A DNA stretch of 64,000 nt. Origin: Eledone cirrhosa. Lineage: Eukaryota. This document shows, in pieces, positions 26,180-39,923 of this stretch (its first letter is position 1; the number at the start of each line of letters is the position of its first letter). The stretch lies in NCBI GenBank assembly GCA_964016885.1, contig OZ024740.1, positions 83,762,001-83,826,000 of the forward strand. The letters are read 5' to 3'. Position numbers and translations under genes: made by a program. The notes under the pieces are model-generated. The model did no database searches. It saw only the letters and a program-made list of their open reading frames with translations, and had not been told where the DNA came from.

Positions 26180-29100
26180 GTTACGCTATACGTGGGCACC
26201 TGCCGACGAATAAGCAACCCCGGACCAACAGCGATATATTCGTAGGTGAGAACGAGCTATGTGTGACACCTAGAGCTCCCCCCAAAAAATTCCACAACAC
26301 GGTGACGTAACAATGGCAAGGCGAGTAATTGCCGCCTCTAGAAATGCCTAGTCTACGTGAGATTGATAAAGTACCAGATTGGTTACTGGTGCGAATAAGA
26401 CCACCGAAATAGCGACTGCAATATAGTGAGAGGAGCAAAAAAGGACCATATCGCATCGTCCTTCGCGTGGCTTAAAAAAGGACGCGTTCAGGGCTTAGGT
26501 AGGGAGGCCAATTGGAAAAATATACTGCAGTTTTCATTTCATGGCGCAAAAACTGGCGATGTCACTTAGACCTGTCCTAGGATGCGTGGGATGTACGCCC
26601 AAAGACTGCGGAAGGGTACAAATCTTGACAATTGGAACTTGGAGCATCACAAATTTTACAGGTAAGGAGCAGAAACTTATATATATAGTTGGGGCTTCCT
26701 TTACAAAGTTCCGTGATTCTGATACAGTAGATTTGGATGGAGGATGTAAATTCCACTATACATGTATGGCACCATAATGACTGCACATGCGAGAGTGGAG
26801 ATACTCACAAGACCCTAGCTGTCAGAATATGTTATGGAGTGTACCACATTGTGAAGGAGAATTTGCCCCTTGAAGTTTAGGTTGAAACATAGGTCTCTGT
26901 GGGAGGTGCAAGTTTATGCAACAAACAAGGAATCCGATTATAGGTTTTTCCTTGATGAAGTCCTTACAGCGTTAAATATAGATATGACTCAGTCATATAC
27001 CCTGATGGGAGACTTCAATGCACATTTTGGCACTGAACACCTGACATGGAAAGGAGTATTTGGAAGCGATGGCAATCCCGATCTAAACACGAATGGAGAG
27101 GCCTGACTAGACTTCAGTTCTAGCAATGATCTCTCCAATATGAACACCTTATTCCAGCACAGACACGCATAGATATACATGGAGCAAGGGGAATCAGTGA
27201 CAGAGATCAATAATTGATTTTGTTATTGTCTCTGATCTCTTTATTTCTGTGCTGAATGTTCGTGTTAAGAAAGCCACTGAGCTGCCAACTGATCAGCATC
27301 TAGTTATCTGCAACTTTGGATTACTCGAATCCAAAGCAGCCCTCAAAACTGGCTAGTCCAGGGCGACCTACAGGATGAAGTCGGAAACGTTGGTGGATAA
27401 GGAAGTCAGGAACAAATATGCAGATACTATTGCATCCAAATTTAGAGAACTCCTTGAGCAGACGGAGGGCGTTGAGGCAGAGTTGAGATTGTTCCGCTAA
27501 ACAGTTTCCGCTTCAGCTGTTGAATGCTGCGGGTGAAATAGGCTTGGTGAGGCACCGGACTGCAAGAGGAACCCTTGGTTCAGGCAAAAGGTCAAAGATA
27601 CCATCCGACCAAAGAAGGCGGCTTACAAAGCTTGGATTGGAAATGCAGTTTCCTTCTTATACTTGTGGTACAAGCAGGCACGTCGAATTGCAGCGGAGAT
27701 AGTTAAAGGGTTCAAAGAGATGGAAGGGCTCAGGATTATTCTGCTAGCAAACTTTAGATCAGCCAATGAAGTGTTCAGGCAGTCCATCCGCCGACTTCTT
27801 ATTAAGACGCCCTATTCCACAACTGCTATCAGAAACGCATTTGGGGTTCTCCTCTCTTCGGAGACGTGCATCCTCGAAAGTTGGAGAGAATACTTTGCTG
27901 AACTTCTAAACCCGATCTCAAAAATATGTTCTGTTGTACACGATGTGCATCTGGGAGCCGTTACTAATCTATCAGAGGCTGATATCACATGAACAGTTAA
28001 AGAGCTCAAATGGGGGAAGGCCGCTGGGGAAGGTGAAATCCGGCCCGAGATGTTAAAAGTCTTCAATAGAGAAGGGGTTCTCTGGCTGACTCTTTTGTGT
28101 CGGGTGGCCTTGATCTCTTGAAAGGCACCTACGCAAAAGCAATCGGGTGTGATAATCTCAATTTTCAAAAAGGGAGTCAAGACTGATTGTTCCAATTACG
28201 ATGGGATCTCCTTGTTAGGCCTTCCCTGTAAAGTCTATGCTAAGTATCTTGCAAAGAGATGCAAGGAGATTTTGAAGCTCAAGATAGCTGATGAACAGTG
28301 CAGTTTTTACCGCGGACGCACTACAGCTGACTAAATATTTATACTGCATCAGGTCTTCGAGAGATCGTGGGAATATTTCCAAGAGATATATTCTTGTTTT
28401 GTAGACCTCAAAATGGCATATGACCGCGTCTCTACGGGGACTGCTGTGGATGGTTTTGCAGGAATATGACATTGATGGTCAGCTTCCTGGTGCCCTGATG
28501 TCTCTATATGAATGCCCCAGTATTTGTGTCCTGATAAAAGGTGCTAAATCGGAACCATTCAATGTGGGAGTCAGATTCCTCCCAGTGTGCGTACTATCAC
28601 CTCTCCTGTTCATTATTTTCATGAACTGGATTAAAATACGCAGCCGTGTGGGAAGTGGTGGAAATCAGTCGGCTGGAATTTGAAGATGATATGGTATTAT
28701 TTAACTCGACAGGGGGTGACCTCCGACTTGCAAGTGTTAGGATTGATGCTAAGTGCTGCATGACTGTAATTAAAATAGTGCCTCGAACCCTGAGCCACAC
28801 GTCCTCTCAAGGAAGCTTGCTCAGTGCACTATACATGTGAATGTAGTTCCATTGAAGCAGGTAGAGAATATCAAATATCTCGAGGCCTTGTTCACGAGCG
28901 ATAGAATGCACGAGGCTTAATTAAAGGGGGGGATTTGCAGGAGCTTGTGTAGTAATGCGCCAGCTTCAGTATTCGATAACCAGAAGATGGAAATAACCAG
29001 TAGGTAGAAATGCCAAACTCGCTGTTTTCAATTGTCTATTCGCGCCAACCCTTAATGATGATGATGAATCTTGTGTAATCCCTTAAAGAATACCATCGCG

Positions 29101-29472
29101 AATTTCTGCGGCCGAAATGGGGTTCCTCTGAAGTGTCTTTGGGGTAACGTTTCCCGACAGAGTGCGTAGTTCTGATATCAGAGACTCACTCCAATCCGAC
29201 CCGCTATATCTCAAAATTTGGAGTTCACAGCTCCGAATTAGAATATCTCAGGCGAGAATAACTGAATAGATTTTAGAGGTAAATCCAACCGATAGGAGAC
29301 CCAGCTGTACACCCCGAGCAAGATGGTTGGATACCATCCATGGACTTGGCTGGTCATTCTTGGGGATATAGATGGATGATCTGAAGACCCACAGGAAGGA
29401 TTGTTTAAGTATCCCCCCCCCCCCCACGGGCCTCTCAGAAATAATTGGGTGAGGATGATGAATAAGAAGAAG
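26180..29472 (+). mobile_element. Old, near full-length RTE-clade LINE (APE + RT), pseudogenised
   Basis: TIGTW, MGDFNAH, IDFVIV, GKAAGEGEIRPEML, NYDGISLL, LSPLLF, FEDD; tail gatgatgaataagaagaag. Confidence 0.85.
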
Positions 29473-30095
29473 TATATAAATATTTATTTATGTATACATA
29501 CATATATATGTGTGTGTGTATAGTTATATATGATGTCCACTCGCATTTACCTTTTTGCGCATATAAGTCAAGGTATGCATAAAAATTGTTTGTCTAATTT
29601 TGATGTTCTGGATTGAAGTCAGGGCCGGATACCTATTCAACAAAATGTGTAATGGTTTATAAAATTAGATATATACCGTACACTTCCGTGTATATCATGC
29701 AATATTTTCACTTGTTTCTGTGTTTGTTTATGATGGGCGCTGTTTAGACCTTAACTAAATGTTAAACACGAAAACTAGACTTTCCCAGTCATTTTTCTGG
29801 TAAAGAAGGATTGCAACTTATGAATAGATGCGCGCAATACACGGAAGGATACGGTATATACTTGTGAAACACAATAAAATAGTTAATGCGGACAATTTAT
29901 CTGCGCGCAGTTTCGAAGGGGAACCCAATAATAATTTACGCAACAATGATACTGATGACAAGGCTTACTTCATCATTTTCTGTTAAAAAGCTTCCCTTGC
30001 TTACAAGTATTTACCACACGTGATTCGACATCTTATATGTATGTCTGTATATTAAGTCTGCAACCAAGCAGAGTAGTTACACATTTGTATGTATT

Positions 30096-30186
<91 letters not shown>

Positions 30187-30499
30187 GGCTTGTGCACAGG
30201 CTTATATCTGTATGTGTTTTGATTAATGGTGTATATGTTTTGAATTTAAGTAATTGTGCAAATATAAACGTGCATTGCTTGAATCATGTGCAAGTAAGAT
30301 ATATATGCCATTATTGGATTTGATTTCCGACACGCAGTAATGTATAAATGATTTCATCATCATTTCACTTGTTGTAATACAGTAGCTAAAATGAATTTAA
30401 TATTTTGTAAGTTTTGATCTGAATACAAACAATAGAGATATAATTATCATGAAATGTATTTGGTTAAATGTCTGCAACACTAAATATTATCAAGCAAAA

Positions 30500-32240
30500 C
30501 TGTGTGTCTACTTTCTTGTCTACTGCCAATATTTGATTCATCTAGTGTAAAGATGCAGACGAAAAATCGAGTTTTAAAATATAGTAACCCCAGTTACTAA
30601 AAGTAGTATATCTTGTTTCTATTTACATTAATTTACCATCTGCTCTTTTGGGAAAACTTAATGATAAAACCAAATCTTTTATCATTAACACTTAAAACCA
30701 CACAAAAGAGAAAATGTAAAACCCTTTTCAGAAAAACATGGAATTTATAAATTAAAACAATGAAAAAATAAAATCTCAAATAGTATCCGAGATGTAGTAT
30801 TTTATAGATTACATTAGGGCACCAATTTGAAATTAACTTTTCAAGAAACATATACTATTTAGTGAGATGTTTCAATACATTCTGGCTGCCATTGAAGAAT
30901 AAAGCATCAAAGCATCAAAAATAAGAATTTATTCTCTCCGACTATCAGAGGTATCTTGATGTAATGCTACAAATATGTAGTTCAATTCATCAAAAAGGCC
31001 ACAGATACGACTAAAACTACAAGGAACTACCCAGAGCAAATCACCACATTGTGGTAACATTGGAGATGTTATTGTTTGTGTATCGAAGGATTGTCAGTAA
31101 CAACTACTGATCATACATTGGAGATTCGTTTGGTTAGAATATTTTTGTCAATGTTTTCTAGAAATTAGAGAAATTAATGGCATAGATCTTTACATTTCTA
31201 ACTATTTCGTGATAGAAACCGTCATCGAAAACGTTGGAACCTGCTGAACTGAAATGCTTTAATTTTCGGTTTTGGTTGATGCGTAGAAGTATGGATGGAA
31301 ATTGTATTATCACGTTTATAACTCTCCTGATAATACTCCCGGAAATAACGAAGAATTAGTTCAGCATCACGACAATTACATGTCTCGAATGTTGCTAATA
31401 ACATGGCATTTTATTCTGTACTAAGCAATCACTCATTTCGGGAACAAAATTGCATTCGCAGTTTCGAAGTTTTGAGGAGAAATGCAAATACATCTGTCAT
31501 GGAAAAGTTTCAACGAATGATTTATTCGTTATTGTATTTCAAACACAGCGATGCAATGAATAATACACATTCAGGTAAATATTTCCTGATGTGCAGTATA
31601 TAAAAGAACACAATGCGTCTTTCCTCTGGAAGAACACATCTATCTCTTTGATAGCTGTGGTGTAGAAATACATAGGTTTAAATCAATCATGATACTCCGT
31701 CCATTCGCTGATGGATTCTATGATTACATGTGTGTGTATCAGTACTCTCGCGAAAAGATATTTGGCTGCTACGAGAAATTGTTCTGCCACGATGCGAGAT
31801 ATTCCTTGTAACTATATCTCGTATGATTGTTGTTGTAGCAATAACTTAAAATATTCTCTTAGGTTGCTTAGCATTCAAGTTACGAAAGTTTTGCGCTGAC
31901 GATGAAGGGATTAACATTTGATTTTAAGTTAGGCACTGGTACTTTTCTGTCAGTCTCTTAACAAATATGTCTTCTTACAATGTCGTGATGTTTGGCAGAT
32001 GATGTACTGCCAACATGTTTCACATTATGATTATCTTCGTTGGCTTATCTGCTATTTTGGAATATGAGAATTGCAAAACTATTATTGTTTTGTATATATT
32101 TGAGCACTTTATGTGTTTTGTCTTTCCTCTACATGTTAAAAGCAAGCCTGAATTTGTTTCATTTTCATCGTTCTTGTTTGAAGTTGTTAAACCTGCTGAT
32201 GCTAAATGAACCTCCAACCATCTCGATACTTAGCCGATTT
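30500..32240 (-). pseudogene. Decayed Toll-like receptor-like gene (LRR-TM-TIR), copy 1
   Basis: Frame-hopping translation: LTCRGK..SNIYKTIIVLQFSYSKI (LRRNT/LRR), NITTL*EDIF, SLCLKYNN, KLKHFSSAG, NLQC...QCGDLLWVV, hydrophobic FLVVLVVSVAFL, FDA, ICFLKS*FQIGALM*SIKYYIS (TIR box 1/2-like). Confidence 0.55.
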
Positions 32241-33529
32241 CTCGCAGGCAGTATAAAAGATGATCAACGTCCTGACTATGTGACCTACTCATTCATGAGA
32301 TTTGCGTCTCCTGCAAAACATTCATTGTTTGTTTAATTATCAGCCGATTTTCCATTGAATAAGTTTATTTTACTAGAAGTAGAGATCATCGTGTAACCTA
32401 AATTGTGTCAAATATTGTAAATGTGTTTCCTACGAGATCGCTTTCAAACCATGAGTAGTTATATCGAAGCGGGCAAGTTGTTTCCATCAAAGTGAATTTG
32501 AAATATATATAAATATGGGGGAATATATCCATTACGTTTGTCAGATCTCCAGCAGTAATATAAGAGTTTAAAAGTCACAGCAACCTCTACGTATTAATGC
32601 GAATAACAGTTATATGGATTCAATTGAAGACAATGAGAATGAAAGATAATTAAATGAAAATAAGTAGGAATTTTGCCAAAATAAATAGGAATTGATTCTG
32701 TTTCTCGAGGCTAAATCTCATTGGCCTCAGTAAAATTAAGTGCACCTGATATATTTAATAAGAGAGAATGATTCTTTGATGTACCAGTGAAATGAATTCT
32801 CATGGTAAATGTCTGTTCTGAATTAAAATAAAATGACCAGATCTCAATCAGCTTAATATAGATCCCGCAATTTCTGAAGGGTGTAAAGAAAGTGTTAGAT
32901 ATTAGTAAGGTAACTCATGTAATAGATAATGAGCTTAGCCTAATATATATTGCTGTGGAACAAGACAGTATCTTGTTATATAAATATAATACTAATAGAT
33001 ATCATGTATTAATAATAAAATAATTAGCAGGTGAAAAATATCTCGTATAATTTTATCTACGGAATCAAGGTGTCATCTTATATAAGATATATTAATAACA
33101 GTGTAACTTTTAGTAACAGTAACAAAAGGAAATAAATTATAGGTTAATCAAAGAACGAGAAACGTAACTGGTGCTTAACATTCCTTTAGCTAATTCCATT
33201 CCAATATCAATATTAAAATCAAACCATTCCCCAATGCTGCCTACCTAAAACCTAGAATAGGTGCAAGTAGCAGGCAAGATAGTATATTCATATCCAGGAT
33301 ATTATATATATATATTTCGTTTCTGAATTTGTTTAGCAAGATTTGTTATATGAAAACGTGTGTTGAAACCGATATTGTTATACTTTGGGAGGGTCATGTT
33401 GCCAATAGGAAACACATGCACCACACGCTTTCACTTCAATTTATTATAATAAATTTATAAATTTAGGAATTTATAAATTTCCGGTTGGTTGGTTGGTTGG
33501 TTCCACAACCAGATGGTTGTTTATATATT

Positions 33530-33572
33530 GTCAAAGTTCTTTCGTCACACATTATGTGTCCTCTTCAGTGAC
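33530..33572 (-). ncRNA. Minimal hammerhead (family B), left arm
   Basis: GTCA-CTGAAGA-G-GACACA taatg TGTGAC-GAAA-GAAC-TT-TGAC; one mismatch in stem II. Confidence 0.6.
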
Positions 33573-33752
33573 TGGGGATTCTTTTCTTTGTTTTTTGTTT
33601 GTTTGTTTTTTTTTGTATTTTGTGCCTCTCCTTTGTTCTGTCCTACGCCATCTTGTTTTTGTGTGTGTGTTGTGTCACAACACACACACAAAAACAAGAT
33701 GGCGTAGGACAGAACAAAGGAGAGGCACAAAAAACAAAGAAAATAATCCCCA

Positions 33753-33795
33753 GTCACTGAAGAGGTCACAGAATGTGTGACGTAAGAACTTTGAC
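33753..33795 (+). ncRNA. Minimal hammerhead (family B), right arm, core mutated
   Basis: GTCA-CTGAAGA-G-GTCACA gaatg TGTGAC-GTAA-GAAC-TT-TGAC; GAAA changed to GTAA. Confidence 0.55.
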
Positions 33796-33984
33796 AATAT
33801 ATAAACAACCACCCGGTTGTGGAACCAACCAACCAACCGGAAATTTATAAATTCCTAAATTTATAAATTTATTATAATAAATTGAAGTGAAAGCAACTGG
33901 TGCGTGTGTTTCTTATTGGCAACATGAGCCTCCCAAAGTATAACAATATATATATATATATGTGTGTGTGTGTGTATATATATT

Positions 33985-36900
33985 AGGTTATGCAAGAAAT
34001 GCTTAGGGTTATCCTAAATGCAGTAATGGTTAATTACTACACTAGATAGAGTTGACGTACGGTGAGGAGTTACTCAACGAGTTATGGAAGAATAGTCGGA
34101 AAAATTCAGTTTCTGATCCTTCTGTATTCCGGAGTGTAGATAAAGAATGAATAATAACAGGTAGACATCATAAAAAGGTGATTTATTCCGAGTTCTTACA
34201 AATGTTTCAACAGTAGTTATACAGCCTAGTCATGCTATGTGCAAATTGAAAATTATTTGATTGCAGAAATTCATTTTCAAATGCTGCGACTACCATCTCC
34301 TCAGAGCAGAATGATTAAAATGTAAATACCATCGTATTTCTTAAAGGAAGTTATTGGAGAAGAGAGAGAGAGAGAGAGAGAGAATTTGGAGGAGTAGGAG
34401 AGAGTGGTTTCAAGAATACAGATAGCTTAATCAAAATGTTGTAGTAGGGGTATAATTGTACTGTTTATTCTCAAGGTGACAGCCCTTAGGCATTGTGTTG
34501 ATGTGGTCAAGATTGGGATTATTTATTGCCACAGAGAACAGGTTTTTAGATGTGGAGAGGGAATGTAGTAGACCGATGGCAAGAGAGAGAGAGAGAGAGT
34601 GGGAGGGGGAGAAATAAAGAGAGATAGAGAGGAGACAGACAAATGCTACGAAATGAGGGATACATCAAGTTCATAGTTGTAGTCTGCAAATCGCACTCAA
34701 GTACCCATTTATAATGATAAGCAGGGTATTGGCTTGTAGTGTGGGGGTGAGGGATATAGTTAGGAAGTAGTTATTGAGAGGAATTAGTTAGCGAGAAAGC
34801 ATGTTGCAGTTTCGTGTTCAAATGTTAAGTTATTTTATAGTGAGAGAATTTAGCCGTCAGTTTGTGGTTGCACTATAACGATCGTTCGATTCTGTTATTT
34901 AGTAATTTGTTTTGGGATTTTAAGATATAAAAGAGTTCAAGGCTGCATAATTTGCAGTATTTCAATCCACTCTGATATATACTAGCGTTGGATAGTTTAT
35001 CCTATTGCAAGGTAAACTGCTGGTTGCCTTCTCGGAGTTACCAGGTCTTATTGGCGAGCGTAGTCACAAGATGGTGTTTAGGATGCTTAATCGAAAATCG
35101 ATGACGATACCAGCGAGATTTAAAGGGGTAGTAGTAGACCCGATGTAATACCATTTCTAGTCGTTCGATTCAACGGTGCATTGATAATCAGTGTTGGACT
35201 CTAGGTATTTGTTCTTCAATGGGCATCTTTCGGGTAGGTGGCAGTTGCAGTTTTTGTTGTGGGTAGCAGGTATACAATGGATAGGCTGGGATAACAGTTC
35301 AGGTGGGTTGTGTAATACTCGCCTCTCATTTGGTGGTTGGGAGGCAGATATTACGTTATGCTCATCTGTTACGAAAATATTTTGTTTTGTAGTGTTGTTT
35401 AATAATTGCTTTAAGTTAAGTTTTTTTTATGTATGATTCAAGGTTTGGTGCAGTGGAGTATGATATCTTAATAGTCTTAGTGTTTAGAATCTTACTGTAT
35501 TTATGGGAACTAGGGAAATGCTTGTTAATTAACTTAAAGAATGAAGGAGATAGTTTTGTACTAATCGAAGCATTAAAAATGGGATTATACCAGATATACT
35601 TTCTACAACGTGATTTATTTGGTGATGATTTTCTATTAGTATGTCTGGTGATACTGTATGTGTGCGCATGTATTTCTGTACCCCGGTTATTTATTCCTTG
35701 ATTGCGTGTGCAGCTATGTGTGTTATGGAAATTCTTATCAATGTATTCTATTTTATCACGGTGGTCTGCATTCCTTCATGCGTTATTATAGTATTCAGCA
35801 TTTTCACTAAAAATTTCAGAGTTAGACGATAGGCGAGAGATTCTGAGAGAAATAGTACGGAGAACCGATTTGATCATGGAAAGTGGGTGATTCGAATTAA
35901 AATTAATATAGGTAAGGTTCTCATTTATCTTGTGGAAGGTTCGCATCAGTCCAGTATTCAAATAAAGGGTTACGTCAAGGATATTTACCACTTTCAGATT
36001 GTATTCGTACGTTATTTTTAGACCCAGTTCATTAAAAGAATTTCTAATGTTTTTCTGTAGCCTTTCAAGATTTTGGTTATTTAAGTCATTAACTAATAAA
36101 AGCGCGTCATCTCTATATATTCCCCCCCTGTAGATTACTAAATTTTCCATGTAGTATGTGGGCTATGTAAATTCCCACAAGATCCGTGACCTCCGCTGAG
36201 TCGTTAGAGCCCATGGTGATGTCGAAGTTTGTAGGTCTGTCCCTACGTTCCCAGTAGTAGTTATCAAACTTGATAATAGTTTTCCTAGTCTCTAGAATAA
36301 TATTAATTTTGTCCTCTGTTAGGTCGGAATTGACTTTAGCAAACGATAGGGCCTACGTAGAGTACTGGGTGAGATTGAAGAGTAGTATTCGTCAATGTCG
36401 AATTGTATAAACTTAGACTTACTCTTGTCTTAACGTTTGCTTCGCTAGTGTTGCCCCATAATTTAATTTCTATTTTCATTTTTAATTGAGTTCTTACCCT
36501 GTCAAGTATATGTTTGCTAATTTTTCCTATGTCTGATTTAGAAGGGCATATAAGTCTAATCTTAGGGTTAGAGTCAAAATTTACCTTATGGTCCTTCAGG
36601 TTAAAAGTGGGGGTTGCGGGTATAATCGGCTCGGTTCTATCGTCTATCTTGAGATTCTTCACCACCTTGTATGCTTCGTTGTTAATGTTCGTTAGTGTAG
36701 TTTCACTCGTGTTTCTATATTTCTTTTGTAGTTCTTTGCGTATGAAGCTGTTGTATGTATCGATATCCATGGTATACACGTTAGAGGTCTCATCAGCTTT
36801 CACAACAATCCCATTAGTATTTTGCAGTCTTCGGAGTAGTGCTTTCATGTTGTTCTCCAGCTCATTACTTCTATGCTCAGTAAACTTGATATTAATGGTC

Positions 36901-37065
36901 ATATTCGTTAATTCCTGTTCAAATGCATCGAGATGGGGGTTTGTGTGTGGGTTTTTACATGATTTAAAGCCATATGATTCAGTGATAGATTTAGACGGGT
37001 GACTAGCGTGTCCCTTATCGAAATAGAAAGCCTTCCATCGTACACGCCGAATAAAGTCATTATTG
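33985..37065 (-). mobile_element. 5'-truncated, degenerate Penelope/Poseidon-type PLE with 3' pLTR
   Basis: RRVRWKAF, NLKDHK..RLICPSKSDIGKISK, GGIYRDD, ILDVTL, SNHP; GIY-YIG-like YYIGSTTTPFKSRWYRH at ~35100-35150. Confidence 0.88.
34185..34312 (-). ncRNA. Hammerhead ribozyme with 89-nt branched stem II
   Basis: CTGAGGA-GATGGTAGT..GCAGC[TTGAAAAT..ATTTTCAA hairpin]GCTGT..ACTACTGTT-GAAA-CATTTG-TA; stem I interrupted. Confidence 0.65.
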
Positions 37066-37270
37066 CGTTGTATATTATATATATATATAAATATATATAT
37101 TTTTTTACTATTATATGCTTTTCTCATTTTAATTAACCACGGTGTGTGTGCATGTGTAAGTGTGTCCGTGTGTCTGTGTGCATGCGAGTGTATGCGAGTG
37201 TATGTATGTACGGGTGCATATGAGGCAATTTGTTACATATTAAGTTCTCATAGATTAGTCGGATACACAT

Positions 37271-37554
37271 CTGAAGTCTGTCATGAGCCCAGTGGCTCAT
37301 CAAGCCGGTGCTTATCCCAGTTTCCGTGGCGTGAAGCGACTGCTAGTATAAGACTCCCATCTGTAGAGGACACAAGTCCATCGCAGGGATAACTCCCAGC
37401 TATCGCTGGTACTTATGTTCAGCTGAGTATACTTGAGCAACATGAAATGAAGTGTTTTGCTCAAGTATATAACACAAAGCCTAGTGAAGGAATAGAGCCC
37501 TCAACTTTATGATCCTAAGACCAATTCCCTTACCACTAGGTCACGCGACTCCAC
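37271..37554 (-). mobile_element. tRNA-derived SINE (~285 bp), possibly of the Meta-domain type
   Basis: 15-bp TSD tagtcggatacacat at 37256-37270 and 37555-37569; tRNA-like head; body related to the 9931-10130 SINE. Confidence 0.85.
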
Positions 37555-38614
37555 TAGTCGGATACACATTCTAGTAACTTATTTTGTCAGTCAAATCTCA
37601 GTCAAATCAACCTGTCTAAATATTTTCGTTTGCATAACATGAATATTAATTTTCCATAACCCCTCCAGAATATTTAAGTTGACGAGATCTTATTTTACAG
37701 ATTCTTGTCGTCATTTTGCTTCGAATGTAATTCCCATTTCACAATAACAATGAATGCGGCGTCAATTCGTCATCTATACATCTTCATCACGTGTATATGA
37801 AAGATTCTTTATTTATTTATTTCAGACAAACATATGATCTTTATTGTTGACATCTATTTTTCTTTGATGACAAATTTAATTAAATAACGAAAGCAATTTG
37901 TCTCGGTGTCATATGATTTTTGTAAAACCTGTGAGATACAATCACTGCGAAGAAAGAGGATCGACGGCTGATTTGTAGAAATGCGAAAAAAGAGAGTTCT
38001 TTTTTCTGTACGTTAGAATTCAGAGACTAACAAAGGCGGGGAACGTTTCCTTTGGCAGCAATTAGAGCACATACATGAATACATTGGAGATCGTATAACG
38101 ACCGGATATCTAGAAAAATTAATGATTTATATAGTCTACACTTTGAAATTCGTGTAAATGAGGAAGGGAATAAATGGGTATATAGCTTTGGATATAAAAC
38201 AAAATGTTTTCTCAGTCGGTGATGGAGGTGGTGTTGGAATATTTATTTCAAAATAATTGTAATAAATACAGTGAGCCGTCATACCTGAATGCATATAAGA
38301 AGTTTAAATTAATTGCGGGCGAGGAGGCGGTTTATTTGTTATTTCACTTGCTATACAAATGTATTTATTAGAACAATACTTCAGCCAGTAATATCAATGA
38401 ACAACATTGTCATCATAAATATTTTCTCCTTCAAATTATTTCTAAATTACTTCCTGGAAATGTTATTTATTCTCGTGAACAACATTGAAATAGTGTAAAC
38501 AGACAGATTAGGTTTTGCCTGGACAGCTGGCGAAACTTATGTACAGTATCCCCTTGCATGAGGCGGTTTAGAAATGAATATATAACACAGGCTTGTTGTT
38601 AATCCGTTCTGTAT

Positions 38615-38790
38615 GAATTCACAGAACTGGTACGGCAAATGTGTTAAATTTGGTGATTTACTTACCTGTTGTATCATTGTTATATTCTGAGTTCAATCTT
38701 CACCGATGTAGACTTAGTTTTTCAAATTTCGACGTATTAACTAGCATAGTGTGGTTAGTATAATACACCTCAGATTGACCTCAAAATATA
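38615..38790 (+). mobile_element. Old SINE remnant
   Basis: ttctgagttcaatcttcaccga resembles the B-box region of the 14.7 kb SINE. Confidence 0.45.
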
Positions 38791-38872
38791 GAATGTCCAT
38801 GGAAGAAACTTCTCTCTCTATATATATATACATATGTACACACACACACACATACACACACACACACACATA

Positions 38873-39378
38873 TCTATATATATAAAGTTGTAGTTCCTGT
38901 CTGTTTGTTTGTTTGTTTGTTCACGAACTCCTCCTATGGTTTTGGAGATAGACTCCCATAACCATACATATTCTGAAGCTACATTGCCCATGGTACGTGG
39001 ATAAGTATATTTCATTTTAATCAAAGGGTTCCCCGGGGCACAAATCCCCGCTGAATATATTTTCCCTTCGATTTATATAAAATGTAAACCATAGGTAAAT
39101 GATAAAATATGATCCGTATTCACAAAAGTTTTAAATTGATATTTTGAAAAAAAATTATTTACTAGAAACAAAATAAGAATAATATTCAATAATATAATTT
39201 TGATTTGATATATTACAAAAAATAATGTTTTCCAATTTTTCATCCATTACTTTTTATATTGAGTAATATTGAAATGCAGAGTTTTTCTCCATAAATTATA
39301 TCATTGATTTAAAATCAACCATCATTTTCTTACAAAAAAAATGTGTGAAACGCAGCAAGGCGCGGGTAATTCGGCTTG
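38873..39378 (+). mobile_element. Non-autonomous Helitron-like element
   Basis: 5' TCTATATATATAAA followed by (TGTT)n; subterminal GC hairpin cgc-agcaag-gcg; CTTG end (variant of CTAG); lies between A and T with no TSD. Confidence 0.7.
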
Positions 39379-39526
39379 TATATATATATATATATATATC
39401 TATATATATATAATAGAATTGGCTGCTATTTCTAGTGGTGTGGGTTTGTGAGACTCGCTAGGATGGCATGTGCGCTGTGTTATTTTTTATATTTAGCATA
39501 CATAGATGTGTCTAGGATACTAATTC

Positions 39527-39600
39527 ATCATCACTGATGAGCTGGGAATAGTATTTCTATTCACAATTAATTTTGCGAAACAACAAGTTGTCTGGGTGAT
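39527..39600 (+). ncRNA. Type I hammerhead ribozyme in a solo pLTR-like segment
   Basis: ATCATCA-CTGATGA-GC...GC-GAAA-CAAC aa GTTG-TC-TGGGTGAT; GUC site. Confidence 0.7.
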
Positions 39601-39847
39601 TGGTAGTTCCGGTTTGTATTTATTTTCTTAATTTTTTCTTAAATTGAGACAAGCGAACCTAATTGTCTATAGTTAGTATTCTTTTCACCTTAGCGAATCG
39701 GGTCCCTTACGATTTGAACACATATATCTATGTATCTGTGTTCGCTTTTCTTTCATACTCTATTATCATATACGGATCAGAAATATCTCTTTCTTAGAGC
39801 TATTTTGTTGTAAGAGACTATTTTGAGTGTCTAACTCAATATATACA

Positions 39848-39908
<61 letters not shown>

Positions 39909-39923
39909 GTTTTAATATAGATG

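Larger units (their letters stand above)
33315..33950. mobile_element. Palindromic solo pLTR (inverted arms 33372-33949) with back-to-back hammerheads
   Basis: Arms of ~290 bp centred near 33674; homologous to 57780-58090; (TA)n on both sides. Confidence 0.9.

Noticed and set aside
30500-32400. hAT transposase remnant (FWLPLK on the plus strand)
   Set aside because: No further dimerisation-domain or DDE motifs; the minus-strand LRR-TM-TIR reading explains more of the region
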